Shown here: in pieces, positions 27,953 to 42,690 of the stretch | Layout: every line of letters begins with the position of its first letter | Position numbering within the stretch: the first letter of the stretch is position 1 | From: Octopus vulgaris | Taxonomy: Eukaryota | Assembly (NCBI GenBank): GCA_951406725.2 | Contig: OX597831.1 | Span: forward strand, 14,570,001 to 14,634,000 | Direction of reading: 5' to 3' | Length of the DNA stretch: 64,000 nt | The notes under the pieces: model-generated | Database searches by the model: none | What the model was told of the DNA's origin: nothing | What the model saw: the letters and a program-made list of their open reading frames with translations, nothing else | Translations under genes and position numbers: made by a program

Positions 27953-28213
27953 TGATAAGGGTGTTGAATTATTACAAAACAAGTCTGCTAGAAGTAGACC
28001 CCAAAAGGTCTATGAACTAACTACTTAGATTATTTCTCCACTTCACAAGGTTGCAATCGAGGAAAATAGATAGCGAGGATTTATAAAATTATATAAATAT
28101 ATTTTCTTTGCTTACAACCTTGTGCAGTGGAGAAATAATCTGAGTGGTTCATAGACCTTTTGGGGTCTATTTCTAGTAGACCGGTTTTGTAATCATTCAA
28201 CACCCTTATTATG
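27953..28213. repeat. Inverted repeat with ~115-bp diverged arms
   Basis: ataagggtgttgaat...agaccccaaaaggtctatgaac / gttcatagaccttttggggtct...attcaacacccttat, adjacent to (TA)n. Confidence 0.85.
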
Positions 28214-28380
28214 ATTTTAATATAAATTAACCTTTATGGTGTTTTTAGTATCCTGGCCATTGATAAATTATTAAATAATCCTAATTTTGTGTGTGTGTGT
28301 ATATAAATAAATGTACTCGTGAGTACCGCTGGCGATTTTTTCCCTCTGTCTTCCCTTCTCTGGATCTTTCCTTCTCCTAT

Positions 28381-28415
28381 GTTTCCAACGAAGAGCTCCG
28401 CTCGAAACGTTAAAC
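28381..28415 (+). repeat. Decayed hammerhead motif
   Basis: gttt CCAACGA a gagc tcc gctc GAAA cg tt aaac. Confidence 0.55.
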
Positions 28416-28534
28416 CCTCCGTCTTCCCTTCTTTCCTGAGCGTCCAATAATACTATATTTGTTCTACGTCCTTGCGTTGTTGTGTTTTTTTCTGTTCTCT
28501 TGTTTGGATTAACTTTATATATATATATATATGC

Positions 28535-28575
<41 letters not shown>

Positions 28576-29529
28576 TGTATTTTGTCAAGTTGTATGCTAA
28601 AGCAATTAGCATTAAACCAAATGAGTTTTGGCATCGTACACGTTTATTAACCAGATGGATAAAGTTAGCCTCTAACGGAGACACAGGCTCGAACATTGGA
28701 ATTTGGATGGCAACAGTAACAACGACAGTTGCTAAATAACGAACTGTATGTCTATATATGAGATTCTTTCCTACGGTAGTCTAATCCCTCAGCGGATGCG
28801 CAGATGTTTGCGTTGGGCCTCGATAAGGGTGCAGCTCGTCACCACTTCTTTTTGTAATTTTTATGAACTGGATTAACATGTGCAACCTTTGTGGTAATGG
28901 TGTCACAATCAGAGTGAGTAGAATAGGTCAGCTGATGTTTACAGATGACCTGGTGCTATTTGGTTCAATAAGGAGGTGACACCCCCCCCCCAGTATGGGT
29001 TCACGGCCAAGTGCTGCAAGGCAGGGATGGGATTAGAGCTCTTTCTCATCTTAATTAAATTTAGATTATAAAAAAAATATTTATTTGTGTAGACTGACTT
29101 TATGAACTTACGACCAAACACATAAATAACTCCAGCTAAGTAAAACTTATTAACAGAGTTAATTAATTGTAGATTGTATTTTACGTAATTAGCGTAACAA
29201 TTAAGCATAAACAACTATAGCACATATCAAACTTTCTACTAAAATTGAAATTAAAATCAGTTATTTACTTTGAATAATTTCCCCCGTGTAATTAAAAAAA
29301 TTCTATTTAATTTTATTATTGATTTTTTCGTTCTTAATACAATACAAATAAATTACAAGTTTCCTACGTAACAGATTTCATCCTCAAATTAAAATACAAA
29401 ATTCAAAACGTTAAGTTGCTTTCCCTTTCTCAGTAAAGATAAACATAGAAGTGTTTCTCTCTCTCTCTCTCTTTCTCTCTCCTTGTACCCACGTGTGTGT
29501 ATATGTGCATGTACATCCATACATTCATT

Positions 29530-30646
29530 CATACATACATACACGCATACATACATACAGGCATACATACATACATACATACATACATACATACATACAT
29601 ACATACATACATGCATACATACATACATACATACATACATACATACATACATGCATACATACATACATACATACATACATACATACATACATACATACAT
29701 ACATACATACATACATACATACATACATACATACATACATACATACATACATACATACATACATACATACATACATACATACATACATACATACATACAT
29801 ACATACATACATACATACATACATACATACATACATACATACATACATACATACATACATACATACATACATACATACATACATACATACATACATACAT
29901 ACATACATACATACATACATACATACATACATACATACATACATACATACATACATACATACATACATACATACATACATACATACATACATACATACAT
30001 ACATACATACATACATACATACATACATACATACATACATACATACATACATACATACATACATACATACATACATACATACATACATACATACATACAT
30101 ACATGCATACATACATACATACATACATACATACATACATACATACATACATACATACATACATACATACATACATACATACATACATACATACATACAT
30201 ACATACATACATACATACATACATACATACATACATACATACATACATACATACATACATACATACATACATACATACATACATACATACATACATACAT
30301 ACATACATACATACATACATACATACATACATACATACATACATACATACATACATACATACATACATACATACATACATACATACATACATACATACAT
30401 ACATACATACATACATACATACATACATACATACATACATACATACATACATACATACATGCATACATACATACATACATACATACATACATGCATACAT
30501 GCATACATACATACATACATGCATACATACATGCATACATACATACATACATACATGCATACATACATACATACATACATATATACATACATACATACAT
30601 ACATACATACATACATACATACATACATACATACATACATACATAC
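29530..30646. repeat. (CATA)n microsatellite, ~1.1 kb
   Basis: Read directly; it produces six spurious ~400-aa ORFs. Confidence 0.97.
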
Positions 30647-31213
30647 CCTGTCCTCTGTTAGTAAGAAATCTTGAAATAAACTGAATAATGAAATACATCC
30701 ATACCTGATGTCTGCAAACTCGTGTTCGAGTATTGCCATCGCCTGGTATCGAAAGTTCCACACATGCGAAGGCTACAACCAACCATTTTTGTGATAGGTC
30801 TTACTTTTGTTTCCAATCGATGCCTGTACATGATGATTTTTTTGTATTGGGGAAACGATTTGCACAAATCCAATCTCGCCCCCCTCTGTACATGGAGAAC
30901 ATAAACTCGAAAAGAAGAGCTAGCCTACATCATCGAATATTGCCAGTGTCGCAGGTTTTCTCTCAGAGCTTCCCTCTCCTAGACAAATGTTTTGACAACA
31001 GAGGGGCCAACCGCGCGCCTCGACAACAACTCAAGTATTTCCGCGTTCCCGTGCATACATGCATACATACATATGTAACACACATACATACGTTCATACA
31101 GACAAACAGACAGAGTGCCAACATAAAAGTCCGAATATCTTTGAGACAGATAAGAGATTAGTTAGCTTGCTGATCTTCCAAAATTGAAGGGATGGAGAAT
31201 AACTAGAGACAAC

Positions 31214-31357
31214 TTGCAGAAAATATCACTGCTTGGAACTGCTCGAGTACTCCGGAAGGTGCTCGAAAAATAAGCGGTGTTACCTTACTTCACTAGTAGT
31301 GAACAGCTAACACCGTTGTAGATCTCCAGCGTTAGAAGCTGTGCAAAGATAATCAAA
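31214..31357 (+). mobile_element. 3' end of an RLE-type (R4/Dong-like) non-LTR retrotransposon
   Basis: LQKISLLGTARVLRKVLEK* at 31214-31273, a short 3' UTR, then (ATG)n/(ATA)n tracts. Confidence 0.65.
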
Positions 31358-31422
31358 ATGATGATGATGATGATGATGATAATAATAATAACAACAACAA
31401 CAATAATAATATTAATATTAAA

Positions 31423-31473
<51 letters not shown>

Positions 31474-31510
31474 AAAGATGATAAAGATGATGATGATGAT
31501 GATGATGATG

Positions 31511-31547
<37 letters not shown>

Positions 31548-31549
31548 TG

Positions 31550-31581
<32 letters not shown>

Positions 31582-33420
31582 TAATATATGTATGCATACT
31601 GAGCATGTTCTGACTCATTCAATCGACTCCATACTTCCTTTGCCAGTTTATGATATTCCCTAAATAAACACGAGATCTCCGCTATTCCAAACATAATAAT
31701 ATTCTCAAACACTGGTCTCTAACTTCGTCGCCAGCCACAATAAACTACTTTGTTTTATTTGCTAGAAAATGAACGAACGGCTGATTGTAAATGTCCTGCA
31801 AAAGTTAAGGTTAATTAACTCGCAATCTAAATGTTGGTTTTAATTATCAACCGGTGTTTCATAGCAACTTGTGTCATTCATACTTTTGCTTCCCGGCTGA
31901 GGTATTTCAATAACGGAGATATTTCAATGAAGGATTTCAGAAGGAGCAATTTAAACTCAGATGACTGTTTTATGTCGGTTAGAATGACGACGTATGGCTG
32001 GTTTGTGCGACCGACAAAACCAATTGTTTTGGGAATAATAACGGTCGTCATTGTTCCTCCTCTTAGATGGAAGTGTCGTCTTTTTATTACTGAATTTTAA
32101 TTAATTTATATATCCGGTATTATCCCTTCACCAGCTTTTATTTCATTCTGATGTTTGTTTAATCAAAATCTCACATTAGAGACGACGCTTTATTTTTCTC
32201 ATCATTCTTGCTGTAATTTTAATTAAAGCAATATTTCTTTTCTTGTCTCACTATATCATACTAGGTAAGCTAGCACTTATTTTGCTATATGTTCCACGTG
32301 CAGCAGGCGTCACTTGGTAGACCTCCTCCATAAAAATTCGTCTTTATGTTGGTCGTATGGTTTACTGGTTGTTATGCTGGTCTTATACGATACTATTCAT
32401 TAGTCATTGTGTTATAGAAGCAGGACAAATGACTAAAGAGTCATGGACAAACTGCGGCCCGCGGAACTGTCTAAATGGCACGCTTAATGAAAAAATTACC
32501 CTGAATCTTCTTAGTAGTGAGACCCGCCTGATGTTATGTTTTATGCATACCCCACTTCTCGTGAAATGTTGCCCTTGTTTGAACCAAATTATCATTAAAA
32601 GCCATTCAAAGGCGGCGAAGTGGCTGAAGCGATAACAGGTCGGGGGGAAATTGCTTAGCGACATTTCGCTCGTCTTTGCGGCCTGAGTTCAAATTCTGTC
32701 GGGGACAACTTTGCCTTTCATCTTTTCAGGGTCGATAAAGTAAGGGACAGTCATGTACTGGGATTGATTACATCAGCTTCCTCTTCCCCTGAAAAACCGC
32801 TGGCTTTTGACGACGATATAGGCGTGTTACATCCCCGTATGTTAGCGGTTCGGCAAAAGTTACTGATAGAAAAAGCACCAAGCTTTAAAAAATAAGTCCT
32901 GGAGTGATTTGTTCGACTAAAACATTTCAATGCGGTACTCCAGCATGGCCGCAGTCAAATAACTGAAACAAATAAAAGATAAAATAATAAAAAGAAGTAA
33001 TAAGAAACAATATGATATAAAAAAATTCAGTCTGATGTACAAAAAAAAAGTTTCACTTAGAAATTCTGGAAAAAAATATTGAAAAAATACCTGTGGTGAC
33101 ACGGACGTCGACTAATGTTGTCGATTGGTTGTAGAGAAGGTATGTAGCCATAGGTAATCATTGGGATTTTAACTTTAACTGACAATCCCAGAATACAGGG
33201 AATGTTCCAAACGGAAGTGGGTAGAACCTACCTTCCTGTGTTTAATAATACGGAAGAATACTGTAAAAGATGTAATTCTGGATATGTCAGTTGCGATGTG
33301 GTAACATCATTTGGTTTGATAAATACTTATATTTCAACTGTATAATGTATGTTTAGTGTTTTCCGTTTAAAACACACAAACCAACACTCACAAACCCAAA
33401 TCTCTCTCTCTCTCTCTCTC

Positions 33421-33519
<99 letters not shown>

Positions 33520-34049
33520 TACATATGTATATATATATATATATATATATTCATATATATATGTATATATATATACATACATACACGTACGCGCACAGCA
33601 TGCATATACGCATGTGTAGCTGTATATGTATACATACATATGAATGTGTGTGTGCGTGTGTGCGTGTGTGTGTGTGCGTGTGTGTTGCTTCGCTTTATTC
33701 AGGTCCGTTGCATAATTATATCGTTTAGCCTTCAGCTTGACTTCTGCTCTTCGACACATGCCACAGGAAAAATATTCGTTTTTATTTTAGCTTCATTTCC
33801 TGCCTGTGATGCCAGAATGTTAATGCAACATCGTGTTTGCGACAACGGAATACATTTGCCGGGATGAGCTTTCGCAAGAATAAAAAAATAAATAAAAATA
33901 ATAATAATAAATATATAAATAAAATAAAAGAAATAATAAATCTAATGTGAAAACCATGTTCCTTGAAAGCATCCAGTGGAAATAAGCGCCTCAGAAGTTG
34001 AAAGTTGTCTCCATTTCTTGGTGCTGCAGGAAAGAAAATAATGATGATG

Positions 34050-34115
<66 letters not shown>

Positions 34116-35193
34116 TAGATTAATTGTTGGAAATGCAGAAAGAGTTATGTTAGATGCCGTGGAGAGAAATTGTTTCCTGAAAAGCAAAAGGTATTCTATG
34201 AAGTTTCATGAAAATAGCAAAGTAATGTACTCCCTTCTCAGTCTCGAAGCTATTTCGACTTTGTCGAGGAACAGAGAGAGAGAGAGAGAGAGAGAGGGAG
34301 ATAGATTGAGAGAGAGAGAGAAGGGAGGATGGTGGTACTGAAAGAAGGCATAATGAGATAATGTGAGATGGGTAAATGGGAAAGAATATAATTCTTTGAA
34401 AGATGATTGAATTTTATACATGCTAGATCGATAATTGCAATGCCAAAGATAACAGATAATTAATTTAGACATGGATATGCAAAATCCCTTCAAACAGATA
34501 CAGTTTAGGAAATCTGCTTCCCAACCATGCGGTTGGCTGGTTGGTTGGTGCCTGAGAGTTCGATCCCAATGCGTGGCACCGTCTTCTACTATAGCTTCTG
34601 TTTCATTAGTAAAGTGAGGCTGGAAATTCAGGATTCGAAACAGTGTGGAAGTCCGTTGCACGCACGCACGCCCGCCTGCCTGCCCGCCTGCCCGCCTGCC
34701 CGCCCGCCCGCCCGCCTGCCCGCACGCACATTGTTCTTTTCTTGTCCAGTTTTGCTTCTCCCCGTAATTTCTTCCTGTAGAGCAGTTTTTGCTTGAAACG
34801 TAAAATACTTTCCTGTCTATTTTCCGAGACCGTAAATCTAATACATTCTGCTTTGACATGTCTTCATGTATTTTAAATTTTTACAACGGATGAACCTTAT
34901 CTACTTCCACCTTTACACTTTACATCATGAAATTTCTGTGATACACGATCCCTATTGATCGTATTTTTTTCTTTTCCTTTCTTTTTTTTTTTTTTTACCT
35001 TTTTACGATCCCTTTTGATCGAAAGCCTACCCCACTTTTTTTCTCCCCCAAAAAGAAAAGCTCTACTTAGTAATTTGTCCCGTCTGTGTTCCGCCCTGTG
35101 TCGCTAATAAAGAAACACACACACACACAGACACACACACACACACACACGCACACACACACACCCATACATATACATATATATATACAACGT

Positions 35194-35292
35194 GTCCGGT
35201 GAAGGGATATATAAAATATCCCGGAAACAGCTGTAAGACCATTTATAAATGGTCTAAAATCTTTCACAGCCTTGGATTTTTATCTCATTCTG
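35194..35292 (+). repeat. Decayed hammerhead element of the 26754 family
   Basis: gtc CGGTGA agggatat..atatcccg GAAA CAGCTG TA AGAC, followed by cagccttggattttatct matching the reverse complement of about 26705-26724. The core is mutated. Confidence 0.65.
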
Positions 35293-35744
35293 AAAATTTA
35301 TATATGTATATGTATACTTATACACGCATACAAATATGTGCAGACGTACGTACATACATACTTACATACATACATATATATGTGTGTGTGTGTGTGTGCG
35401 CGCGCACATACATGGGCATAGCGGGGAGCACATATAAGGGCGCGGGGATGTGTTTACGCACATTAGGCAATAAAAGGAGTTATTCGGTTTAAAGTTATCA
35501 TCTATATCTTGGATGGCTATAACCGAGGCTACTCTAACCATGTTCGCAGCATGCTTCGACCGACTGATTAAATTGAACTATGAACGCACATAAAATCTAT
35601 GTCAGAAGCAGCCATACGTCTATCATGCATAAATGAATGTGTAAAGCCTATTATTTATACTTTCTATCTATCTATCTATCTATCTAACTATCTATCTATC
35701 TATATAAATATGTGGAGGATGGGAGTGCAAATGTACATATATAT

Positions 35745-35829
<85 letters not shown>

Positions 35830-37050
35830 GAAGACACATATACACATATTGCTTTGGTGTTTGTAAAATCAGACATGATTATAGCTTCCGCTGCCTCTGT
35901 GTTCTGTTTAATGTTTGTGAAGTTTACAGTAAACAAAAATGGACATATATTATCTTGGGAATAAAGAAGAATATCTTTGAGAAACTTAATCCAACATCAT
36001 CTGCAATATAATTATTAGATTTCATGTCATCTAAGCTAAACAAATTGAAACCTAAGTTTCATTTTGTTTAGCTTAGCTGACATGACCTATTAAATAGAAA
36101 TAAACAAAAAATAAACTACAGCTGTCTTCATTAAATACATCGCCTTTTCTCGGAAGAAAGAAAATGAAATACAAAGACAAAAAAGAAAAATACAATAAAA
36201 AAATTAGGTAGGTTTTAGTGATACATCTCCTGTATTCAGATATTGAAACACACCCACACCAGACAGAGATATTAAATTGGATGCTGTTACACAATGAAAT
36301 TAATTCTTAATTAAATTTCTCTAAAATGAAATAGATATTCCCAAATGCAATATTTTTCTTCAAATCACTTTTATTTATTTAATTATATTTATGCATTTAT
36401 TTATCACAGAAAATAAATGAAACGAAATAACGATATATATCCTTGAATTTTGCTTGTTAGTTTTGGTAATACTGTGTTACCGTTGTGCATTGGCTCGTAA
36501 TATGTTAACACTTTTCATCGACTGTTAAACTGTTCACGTTGTTCATTAGTTCATAGTACGCTGACGCTGTTCTATAGTTGTTAATGTGTCAACGTTGTTC
36601 ATTGGTTGTTAATGCTGGTGGCAAAATATTAAAACTGTTCATTGGTTTATTTAACTGGTAAAAATATTTTGCTACTCTTCGTTTGTTTGCTGTTATTCCT
36701 ACTGACAGTTGTAGAGTCTGTGTAGTTATTTGGCTTCTGGGCTAAATTTTCGCCCTTTTCTTGTCAGATTTGCAGTAAATACTTTTTAGGCTCTTACTGA
36801 AATTGGAAGGGCTTCTATTCACTAGCTTTTTCTTAAACGGATCAGTTTTATTAACTAGATTGCGATTGCTTTAAATAAATTTCCTTGAGCTGCTTTGTGG
36901 TTCTCTCCTTCAAAAAACAATGTTTTTTTGGATGCTAAAAAAATTCTACCTGTGGATAAGTATTCCGCTCTAGGTTATGGTTCTACATAAAAATTTGAGT
37001 CTTGTTTGTTAATCTGAAACAAAATTTCCAAACTATATGTGTGTGTGGGT

Positions 37051-37164
<114 letters not shown>

Positions 37165-37611
37165 TGCTGAAAATGTTCTCGCTTTGGGTAAAACAAAATA
37201 CAGACACCCATGACTGGTTTGCGTGCTGTTCCATTCTGCGAAATCATAGCATAAGTCTCTTGCCTCAGATGCCCCCATAACCGTACTGTACTCTAAACCA
37301 TGTGGGTACGGAGTGAACTTGCTACGCTCACGGCCCAAGCCTGCTGCCCCTATGTATGCTAAGTAACAAACAACGTTAGACCTGAAATAGCAGCGCTATA
37401 AAAATAAATGGAAATAAAGAAGGAAGCAAACGTTTATACATGTATTTGCAAATTGCTAAATCGCTTGTTATGGTTTAACGAATCTGAAATCCAATTTAGA
37501 AATGAGAAATTCATTGACACGCTTGAGGTGTTATGCGAAGAAAATTACATTCATTTCCTCTCTGTAACAACAACTACTACCACCACCACCGTCGCCACAA
37601 CAACAACAACA

Positions 37612-37650
<39 letters not shown>

Positions 37651-37823
37651 CAACTACTACTACTACCATCATCACCACTACCACACTACTACTACTACTA
37701 CTACTGCTGCTGCTGCTACTGCTACTACTACTACTATTAATACTACTACTAGTACTACTAGTACTACTACTGCTGCTACTACTACTACTACTACTGCTAC
37801 TGCTACTGCTGCTGCTACTGCTG

Positions 37824-37871
<48 letters not shown>

Positions 37872-37888
37872 AAACTACTACTACTAAA

Positions 37889-37932
<44 letters not shown>

Positions 37933-38188
37933 CACTGCTACTAACGCTACTACTGCTGCTGCTGCTGCTACTTGTAACAGCACCAGCACTATCATCAACA
38001 GTAATTGATGTTAATGCATGCAATGAGAGTTTGAGAAGCGAGGTTATTCAAAGTGAACAAAATGTTGATCGATAGAAAGAAACTATCAGGACGGAACCTG
38101 CCTCACCAAAACAAAATAAAAGACAAAAAGAAAAAAAGAAAAGAAAAAATAAAAAATACGAAGGGCAATTTTATTATTTCAATTAAAA

Positions 38189-38757
38189 AGGCCGCGAGCT
38201 GGCAGAGACGTTAGCACGCCGGGCGAAATGTCTAGCAGCATTTCGTCTGCCGTTACGTTCTGTGTTCAAATTTCGCCGAGGTCCACTTTGCCTTCCATCC
38301 TTTCGGGGTCGATTAAATAAGTACCAGTTACGATCTGGGGTCGATATAATCGACTTAATCCGTTTGTCTGTCCTTGTTCTTCCCCTCTGTGTTTAACCCC
38401 TTGTGGGTAGTAAAGAAATAGAAATAGGTATTTCACCCGACGCCACATTCTGAGTTCAAATTCCGCTGAGGTCGACTTTGCCTTTCATCCTTTTGGGGTC
38501 GATAAATTAACTACCAGTTACATACTGGGGTCAATCTAATCGACTGGCTCCCCTCCCCCCAAATTTCGTTCTTGTGCATAGACTAGAAAAGGAAAGAATT
38601 TCACCCGTCGCTACATTCTGATTTCAAATTCCGCCGAGGTCGACTTCGTCTTTCTTCCTTTCGGGGTCGATAAATTAAGTACCAGTTACGAACTGGGGTC
38701 GATCTAATCGACTGACCCCGTCCTTCCAAATTTCGGGCTTTGTGCCTAGAGTAGAAA
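38189..38757 (+). mobile_element. Deu/Nin-domain SINE with three tandem body copies
   Basis: Repeated gttcaaattccgccgaggtcgactttgcctttcatcctttcggggtcgataaattaagtaccagt. Further copies at 14148-14270(+), 16105-16250(-), 22927-23058(+), 32611-32790(+) and 62477-62670(+). Confidence 0.75.
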
Positions 38758-39689
38758 TACATATATAAATAGATTCCCTGGACATGGCTCTAGGTTAGCA
38801 GAATTGTTAAAACGTCAGAGCAAGATGCATAACCACATTGCATTTGTGCGCGTTCTGAGTTCGAATCTCACCCACAACTATCTGATGTTGTTATACAGTC
38901 CGAGTCACAATGCTCATCACCACATTTGTGTTGCTCTTCAATTACAGGAGCATCCTCCCTAAACAGTAACCGACAAACGTGGGAGAGGAAAACCTCCCGC
39001 TGGCAATGACACGTCGAGTCTTCCATCCATTGTCAGACGGACAACAGCGCAAAGGAAGACTTAACATCTCGGATTAAAAACAGTTTTCATTTAATCCGGC
39101 AAATTAGTTTTCCATCACAAATAATGACTTTTATGCTGTTCTAAACGCAATGAAATGTTTTAGTGTCCCTTCATCTGACAGAAAATCAATCGAGGTTTAT
39201 CTGGAATTTTCCGTTCATATATTTATTTACTTATTGTTTTTCCTTCTTCTGGTTTGGGTAATATTAATTCGATTCAGCGTCATTGATTTTGTCATCTGAA
39301 ATAATCGATTATATATAATCCCCTTTAATTCGCTGTTACTCCACTCTCTGAAATGCATCAATCGATTTGCGCATTCTGATATAATATTTGCTTCGAAATC
39401 AATTCTAACAGTTCACTTAACGCCTTCTGTAAATTTCGCTGATAGGGACAGATCTGATTGATAAAGACTTTTCGTGTGAGATTACAAAGATGGTTCCCTG
39501 TTACCTTCCTTCGGGTGATTACTTTATTAATTCCACAAGATTCCCTCTTGTCTGTAAGACGCAAACAATTCCATCACACTTGAACTGGACATCCAAAGCA
39601 TAAGAACTGGCAAATCGCTTTTATTCAGCCACTCCAGGAATTACATTAATCCACTGACCTAAAGAATACGTTGTAATATTGGCATCAAA

Positions 39690-40263
39690 GTTTGGCACTA
39701 GGTCAGCAATTTCGGTGAAGGGAACTAGTCGATTACACTAACCCCCAGTTTTCGACTAGTATGAAAGGCAAAGATGACTTCGGGGGAATTTGAACTCAGA
39801 ACGAAATGTCGTTAAGAATTTTTCCCAGCCTTCTAACGATTCTGCCAGCTCACCTCATTATGATATTGGTATCAAAATCTGGCAAAAGACCAGACATTTC
39901 ATTAAAGGGGCTAAGTCGATAAGATCGGCCTCTGTGTACAACTGGTAATTGATTTATCGATCCTGTAAAGATGAAAGGCAATATCAGCCTCGGCAGAATT
40001 TGAACTCTGAACATAGAGACGGGCAAAATACCTATTTCTTTATTACCCACAAGGAGTTAAACATAGAGGGGACAAACAAGGACAGACAAACGGATTAAGT
40101 CGATTACATCGACCCCAGTGCGTAACTGTTACTTAATTTATCGACCCCGAAAGGATGAAAAGCAAAATCACCCTCGGCTGAATTTGAACTCAGAACGTAA
40201 CGGCTGACGAAATACGGCTAAACATTTCGCCCGGCATGCTAACGATTCTGCCAGCTTGCCGCC
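39690..40263 (-). mobile_element. Cluster of Deu/Nin-domain SINEs (minus strand)
   Basis: Reverse complement of the 38189 family. Confidence 0.7.
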
Positions 40264-41003
40264 GGTACTGTACCATATTGACTCAAACAGGATGAATGTC
40301 AATGTTGGTAACAGCCGCATTTGAACCCAGAACAATAAGAACCAAAATATAGTATTTTATCCTTAGTCTACTGCTTTTGATTGAAACTTTATAATATTGA
40401 CCCCCAAAACGATAAATGTCAAATTAATCTCACCCAAGTTTGAACTTACAACATACAAAGCAAGAACAAAACCGTAAATTCACTAACTTCTCAAATATCT
40501 ATTTCAAACAGCTTTCGTTAAACTGTAAAACAATTTCAACGTCGATGCTCGATCAATCCAATGCGTCTTCTTGTAACTGCAATTACATATGTGTGTGTGT
40601 GTATGTATGAATGTATGTTTATATTATATATATTTATACATAATATGTATGTGTTGAAGCGCAATGGCCCAGTGGTTAGGACACGCGGTCGTAGGATCAC
40701 GGTTTCGATTCCCAGACCGGGTGTTGTAGTGTTTAATGAGTGAAAACACTTAAAGCTCCACGAGACTCCGGCAGGGAGTGGTGGCGATCCCTGCTGTACT
40801 CTTTCGCCGCAATTTTTCTCACACTTTCTGCTGTTGGCCTGCTCGCTTAGCCAGCGGTGTGGCGTCATTTGAAGGCTAAAACAATGCGAAGCGCATTGTG
40901 ACCAGCGATATGTAGCAACCTCTGATAGCCTCGTCGGTCACGTGATGGCGTGATAATATGCATGTAAATATGTTTACACTCAGAAACACACACACACACA
41001 CAC

Positions 41004-41049
<46 letters not shown>

Positions 41050-41377
41050 TTATGTAACTATATTTACTTTGCGCGGAAGCTTGGAAATACCTACGTTTCA
41101 GTCTGAGAACAAAGGGAGAACTGCAAAGACGAATTCACGTCACTTCGTAGACTTCTTTTTACTGGAATATTCTAGAACATAAAGTTTGCGTTTGAAATAG
41201 TTTCCTGTCGTGCTTTGTCTTGCTTTGTCACAAGATATTTAACTAAGGATGCTTAGAAAATGGCTTACGCGTTGCCATACAAGTGACAAGAGTAAATATC
41301 ACCATAATCCAATAATGCACCAATGTTTTATATGGGATTGCTGCCGTCATCTTATATTATGAAGCAGTCATATATAA

Positions 41378-41440
<63 letters not shown>

Positions 41441-41691
41441 TACATACATATAAATATGCGTGTGTGTGTGTAAGTATATATATGTATATATTCATTCATA
41501 TATACATATATACGTATGTATGTATGTATGTATCTGTGTGTGTAGGCAGTGCTGTGTGCTAAGAAGCTTGTTTCCCAACCACATGCCTCCACGTTCCGTT
41601 CTATTGCATGGCACGTGTCCTCCTCTATAGCCTCGGGCTGACCAAAGCCTTCTGAGTGGATTTGGTACACGGAAAATGAATTAAGCCCATC

Positions 41692-41733
<42 letters not shown>

Positions 41734-41929
41734 ATATATATGTATATATATCATCCAAGCGTACACCGGCTTTGCTCTATATCGATTAATTATTGGAATT
41801 TGTTAATTTGTGTTAGTGTAAGTGTTTATTGATGGTTCTCCTTCGACATCAATACTTTTCACTAATGAAATTCCAATTGTCGTTATAGATGTTTTCAAAT
41901 ATCTTATCTAGGATAATAGAATTTTAATA

Positions 41930-42338
41930 ATATAACATAAATAAAAGGAAGAGTATGAACACAGAAAAATCAGTTTATTTATATAAGAGTCAATTTCATG
42001 TCGCCTATGTACGTTTCTATTTCTCACTTTCATTTGTATTTTACAATTAAAACTGCATTATGAATCTAAAAGGTACAAATCTCTTCTGGACAAAATTGAC
42101 ATTTATGCATTTACACGACTGGCTGGAGAGTCTGTAATGAACTCTCCATCCATTAGGATGTAAATGACTATATGTCAATTTTGTCCTGAAGAGATTTGTA
42201 CCTTTTAGATACATAATGCAATTTTAATTGTAATATACGAATGAAGGTGAGAAATAGAAACGTGCCTAGGTGACATGAAATTGACTCTTATATAAATAAA
42301 CTGATTTTTCTGTGTTCATACTCTTCCTTTTATTTATG

Positions 42339-42343
<5 letters not shown>
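41930..42343. repeat. Inverted repeat with ~200-bp arms
   Basis: acataaataaaaggaagagtatgaacacagaaaaatcag... / ...ctgatttttctgtgttcatactcttccttttatttatgt, followed by (TA)n. Confidence 0.9.
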
Positions 42344-42388
<45 letters not shown>

Positions 42389-42607
42389 GAAATATGTTAC
42401 GAAAAGAAAATATAAAATACACGTGGAAATGTACGGGTAAAATATGAAAAATCAACGAAAATGCATATTGCAAATAGTAAAAGGCTGTTTATGACAAGTA
42501 GTGACAAATATATACAATTAGATTGACTGAGGTAGTAATACGAGTCATAAAGGTCATTATTATGAGATGATTATAAGATGATAATAAAGTAAGAGAATAA
42601 AACGAAC

Positions 42608-42688
<81 letters not shown>

Positions 42689-42690
<2 letters not shown>

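Noticed and set aside
29389-30782. Six ~400-aa ORFs (MYVC/HTYI repeats)
   Set aside because: They are translations of a stop-free (CATA)n microsatellite. The same applies to the YI/CV/HT, poly-L/I/N/H/P/S ORFs throughout the window.
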